The translations under genes and the position numbers were made by a program. The notes beneath the pieces were generated by a model. That model had not been told where the DNA came from. It saw nothing but the letters and a program-made list of their open reading frames with translations, and made no database searches. DNA of 64,000 bases from Eledone cirrhosa (lineage: Eukaryota), in assembly GCA_964016885.1 (NCBI GenBank), contig OZ024749.1:22258001-22322000 (forward strand), written 5' to 3'. Of this stretch, positions 59,374-64,000 are shown one piece after another; the stretch's first letter is position 1, and each line of letters starts with the position of its first letter.

Positions 59374-60024
59374 GACGCTAACATCTCTGCTGATACATGG
59401 GAAAATATTGCTGCTGATCGTAATAAATGGAGAAAGACTGTATATGAGGGAAAAGTTGCCTTTGAGGCATCTCGAATCGCACACGAGAAAGTAAAGCGGG
59501 ATGTGAGGAAGGGCATTGCTGTTGCACTTCCAGACGGCGAGGGTCCTCCTATGGTGCTGACATGCAGCGTCTGTGCGAGACTCTGCCTAAGCAAAGCTGG
59601 ACTCGAAAGTCATCTTCGCAGTCATAAAGTAAGACCAGTGGTTGACTACCAGGCTGCTGTTGGAGATGCTACTCATAATTGTTTCTACTTTTTGGCACAA
59701 GGCCAGCAATTATCCAGTGTATTACTGGTACTTTATTTTATCGACCCCGTAAGGATGAAAGGCAAAGTCAACCTCGGCGGGATTTGAACTCAGATCGTAA
59801 AGGGACGTAACTATGCTGGAAAGCATGGCGTCCGACCCTCTACTGATACTGCCAATCCGCTACTCATAATGCTTGCCAAACATGTGGTAGAGAATGTAAA
59901 TCAGCAGGAGGGCTCAAGCGACATGCAAAAGTACACGAACTCCAACCACAGCCGACTATTCCCAGTGAATGTTTTGGTTGCCGACTCTGGGCTAAAAAGC
60001 CACATTCGATCGCAGCGCTGTTAG
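59374..60024 (+). pseudogene. RTE-clade LINE C-terminus with C2H2 fingers, interrupted by a SINE
   Basis: [32 protein letters not shown]; continues CQTCGRECKSAGGLKRH after the SINE. Confidence 0.8.
59680..59858 (-). mobile_element. tRNA-derived SINE with 12-bp target-site duplication
   Basis: Family of 7187-7368; TSD gctactcataat at 59668-59679 and 59859-59870. Confidence 0.9.
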
Positions 60025-60129
60025 TTGCTATCGTGTGTGTGTGTGTATAGATATGCTTATGTGTGTGCGTGTGTGTGTATATATATATGTATATGTATAT
60101 TCTTATTGTTGTTGTCGTTATTATTATTG

Positions 60130-60164
<35 letters not shown>

Positions 60165-60382
60165 GTTATTAATGTATGTGTGTGTGTATATGTGTGTGTG
60201 TATATGTGTATGTATGTGTGTATGTATATATATATATATATATATTTTTTTTTTATTTTCTTTTTATTTATTTATTAATTTTTTTTTCTCCTCGTACAAT
60301 GGCCATACTCGATAACGAGGGGGCAGCCATCATCATGTATATATATATGTATGTATATATATATATGTATGTATATATATGT

Positions 60383-60413
<31 letters not shown>

Positions 60414-60416
60414 TGT

Positions 60417-60447
<31 letters not shown>

Positions 60448-60560
60448 TGTATATATATATATGTATATGTATGTATATATATATATGTATATGTATGTAT
60501 ATATATATATGTATATGTATGTATGTATATATATATGTATATGTATGTATATATATATAA

Positions 60561-60788
60561 TGCGACACAGGCATTGCTTTATATATGGGGATCTCTCTGC
60601 ACTTGTCATAACAGGGTACAATGGGCCCAGCAATATGTGTCAATAATTGTCACAAGTGTAGTGTTTGTACCAGAGTTTTCAAGTCGCTGGCTGGACTAAA
60701 AAGTCACATTCGTTCAGCGCATCAGTAGGAATTCTCCTACATGGATATAAAGTAGTGGCCGTACTCGAAAACGAGTTGGCAGCCACCA
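60561..60788 (+). mobile_element. 3' part of the RTE-derived non-autonomous element
   Basis: Reverse complement of 1713-1938, followed by (TATG)n. Confidence 0.65.
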
Positions 60789-60945
60789 TGTATGTATGTA
60801 TGTATGTATGTATGTATGTATGTATGTATGTATGTATGTATGTATGTATGTATGTATGTATGTATGTATGTATGTATGTGTGTATGTGTGTATGTGTGTA
60901 TGTATGTATGTGTGGATGTGTGTATGTATGTATGTATGTATGTAT

Positions 60946-62293
60946 GTTCTTCTGGTTTTATAATTTCACAACGTTTTACCAATAGAGAGAGAGTCGGTTT
61001 CTAATATAGTCAGAGGACTCTCTCATTGGAATTTACACAACATCAACTAGGTAGATATGTATGTATGCATGCATGTGTAGATATGGATGTTATTGTATGT
61101 GTGGATGTGTATGTTTTGAGTTGTATGTGTGCATGTGTATATGCTTTGTGTCTGTACATGCGTATATGCAGTTATTAGATGCAAATTTTTTGGAATGTTT
61201 TACATATTTTTACTGTTCCATTAATGGATTGTATTTGTAGTTTTCTAACTAGTTGTGTTCTTTCTGTTCCTGTGAAGTCTAGCTTCTCAAGATTTGCATT
61301 GAGGCAGTTACTAACATACCCCTGTGCCCCAATTATCACAGGCATAAATCTGAAGGTGTAATATGTATGTATGTATGTCCTGGTTTTATAATTTCACAAA
61401 TTTTTGTCAATCGAGAGATTGTCGGTTTCTAACATAGACACAAGACTCTCTCATTGGAATTTACACAACATCAACTAGGTAGATATGTCTGCATGCATGT
61501 ATGCATGTGTAGATATGGTGGTTATTGTACGTGTGGATGTGGATGTTTTGAGTTGTATGTGTACATGTGTATATTTTTAGTATTGGTACACGTGTATATG
61601 CAGTTATTAGATGCAACATTTTTGGAATGTTTTACATATTTTTACTGTTCCATTAATGGATTGTACTTGTAATTTCCTAACTAGTTGTGTTCTTTCTGTT
61701 CCTGGGAAGCCCAGCTTCTCAAGATTTGTATTGAGACAGTTACTAGCATATCCCAGTGCCCCAATAATCACAGGTATACATCTGAAGGTATAATCAGGGT
61801 GGAGAATCTGCAGATTTCTCATCAGTTCTGCATAAATAATATTCTCCTTTTCGCTAATCTTTAATATTATATTGTCATCTGCTGGGCACCTAACTTCCAC
61901 TACTGTTCATGCCTTCTTTTCCCTGTCCCATATCATAATATCTGGTCTGTTATGCCTGCATTTTATTGAGGTTTTTACTGGAACATTCCACGAGTACTCT
62001 TTTATATTATGTATATGTAAGTCTTCCAGATTGCTGTAGCTTTTAATATGTTTATTATCCGGGCTATCTTTTCTATGGATTGCATTGTACAGTGTTTTGG
62101 CCACTCATCATGCCTCATAGGTAGATCGTACCGCGATGACATCCTTGGACAGCTGCTTATGAGATTGGTGACATCTTCGATGTTAATTCTGCAGAGTCTG
62201 CACTTGTTATCACATCTAGGTGTTTTGCCTGCATCCCTATCTTTTGTGAATCAGGTATTTCGTGTTGATTTCTTGTTCTTGGATTGCAAAAGC
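60946..62293 (-). mobile_element. Two tandem 3' fragments of an R4/Dong-like RLE non-LTR retrotransposon
   Basis: CRLC..ISSC, RHD, RPDIMIWD, IPVIIGALG in 61607-62290; diverged second 3' end at 60946-61362; each abuts (TATG)n. Confidence 0.82.
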
Positions 62294-62563
62294 GTATATG
62301 TATATGTATATATATATATATATAATGTATATATATATATATATATATAATATATATAATGTATATATATATATATATAGATTACATAAGTATCAAAGTT
62401 AAAATCATTTAAATCATTTAATCGCTGACAACTGTTTCTTCCAAACTTAAGCTTGAGGTCCTCGGAGCATTATCAATGTTTGTACATATAATTAACCTCC
62501 TATTCAATTGAAGAATCCTACAGATACATATATATTGATGATGTGGACAACAGTTTCATGTTT

Positions 62564-62635
<72 letters not shown>

Positions 62636-62920
62636 GCACGCACACACACACACACACACACACATGCCCCCCACACCCATACCCCCCCCCCCCACATATA
62701 TTGAAATTAACCGGTGTTGTTCTGCGATGAAGCAGCAGAAATCGGATTAATGACGGTTGTATAGCGATCACTTAATGTGACAGGAAAGTATTCTGGAATC
62801 AGAGCGGACTAATCAGATTCAGTGCGGGACAACGATATGTGAAGAAAGCAAACGATATTGATTAATAAACATTAATAATCATTAATAATAATTAATAAAC
62901 ATTTATACTTATTAATAATA

Positions 62921-63030
62921 ATAATTGTTTCTACTTTTGGCACAAGGCCAGCAATTATCCCAGTGAATTACTGGTACTTTATTTTAACGACCTCATAAGG
63001 ATGAAAGGCAAAGTTAACCTCGGCGGGATA
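62921..63030 (-). mobile_element. SINE 3' fragment
   Basis: Matches the body of the 7187-7368 family; another fragment lies at 28657-28730. Confidence 0.7.
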
Positions 63031-63076
63031 ATCTCTTTCTCCCACTCTCTCACTATCTCTCTGTCTCACCCTCTCT

Positions 63077-63116
<40 letters not shown>

Positions 63117-63117
<1 letters not shown>

Positions 63118-63458
63118 CCAGGGAGTGTAACTTGGAGTTACTGTAGGTTCACCCAGGTGAGCACTCGATCTTTAGGTTCACTTCAGTGTCGCGGTGTAGA
63201 GCTAGACAGAGTGTATTATAGTGAAATAAGATAACAAGGACGATTTGTTACTCCTTCATTACGTTTATTGGTTGGTGACGCGCGTTTCGGCACTGATCAG
63301 CTCAAGGTTCATTCCTTGTTAAGAAGTCTGACGAGCCGCAGATTACAGAGTCGGGTCAGATCGATACAGATCTAACCTTGAGCTGATCAGTCGCGAAACG
63401 CGCGTCACCAACCAATAAACGTAATGAAGGAGTAACAAATCGTCCTTGTTATCTTATT

Positions 63459-63463
<5 letters not shown>
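63117..63463 (+). mobile_element. Fold-back pLTR element with long-stem-II hammerhead at 63325-63409
   Basis: 63218-63309 is inverted to 63374-63465; CTGACGA-60 nt-GAA ACGCGCGT C. Confidence 0.75.
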
Positions 63464-63552
<89 letters not shown>

Positions 63553-63556
<4 letters not shown>

Positions 63557-63671
63557 GGTATTAAATTAACAATGAAAATAAAAACAGCAAAGTCAAGTTA
63601 ATTTACCTATTTATATGAATAGGTAAAATAACTTGACTGCGTTGTTTTTACTTTCATTGTTAATTTAATAC
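63553..63671. repeat. Imperfect fold-back (~55-bp arms)
   Basis: gtattaaattaacaatgaaa..tttacctatt pairs with aataggtaaa..tttcattgttaatttaatac. Confidence 0.75.
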
Positions 63672-63897
63672 GTTATATCTGACTCTGTATCTAAGGAATT
63701 AACGCAGTGGAACACGGAACTTTTCTATGGATTTCAATCGATTCTTCGCCATCAGATTACATTGAGTTCTATCTACGGTTCTGACCCTACCACCAAGGGT
63801 AGACCACACTGAAAAAAATAAATATATATATTATTTATGTAAAGGAACCTTTGTTCCAAACTACAGAACGAAAAAACAGAAACATTACAACTTAACA

Positions 63898-63967
63898 CCT
63901 GTCTGATGTAAACACGTTAAAGGGTTATTATGCAATAACTTAGATGTCTTGAAATGCGCATAACAGG
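63898..63967 (+). ncRNA. Type-I hammerhead (A9U change)
   Basis: cctgt-CTGATGT-long stem II-GAA ATGCGCAT A-acagg; same stem III as 13409-13479. Confidence 0.65.
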
Positions 63968-64000
63968 ATTATACAATAATACATGAAATAGTCTCTACTG

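Overview
Repeat-only eukaryotic DNA with no recognisable host gene. The (TA)n-rich background and tRNA-type SINEs resemble an octopod genome, which is my inference. Long (TA)n tracts alternate with retroelement inserts: (1) decayed copies of at least six Penelope-like element (PLE) families (RT and/or GIY-YIG endonuclease, pseudo-LTRs, 5' inversions); (2) a CR1-group LINE, RTE and R4/Dong-like fragments, an RTE-derived non-autonomous element and two SINE types; (3) a 200-N assembly gap. The main signal missed by the ORF track is roughly 35-40 type-I hammerhead ribozyme motifs (CUGANGA..GAAA..UH), read by eye, from about 15 unrelated flanking families. Three non-coding tandem-repeat families (units about 465-540, 535-540 and 656 bp) carry one hammerhead per unit and look like retrozymes that could yield circular RNAs. 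Other observations: compensatory U3:A8 core variants, a GCAA core variant, inversion breakpoints clustered in the ribozymes, and a two-ORF PLE whose RT frame is reached through a T_TTT_TTA -1 frameshift site. Coordinates were counted by hand and may be off by a few nt.
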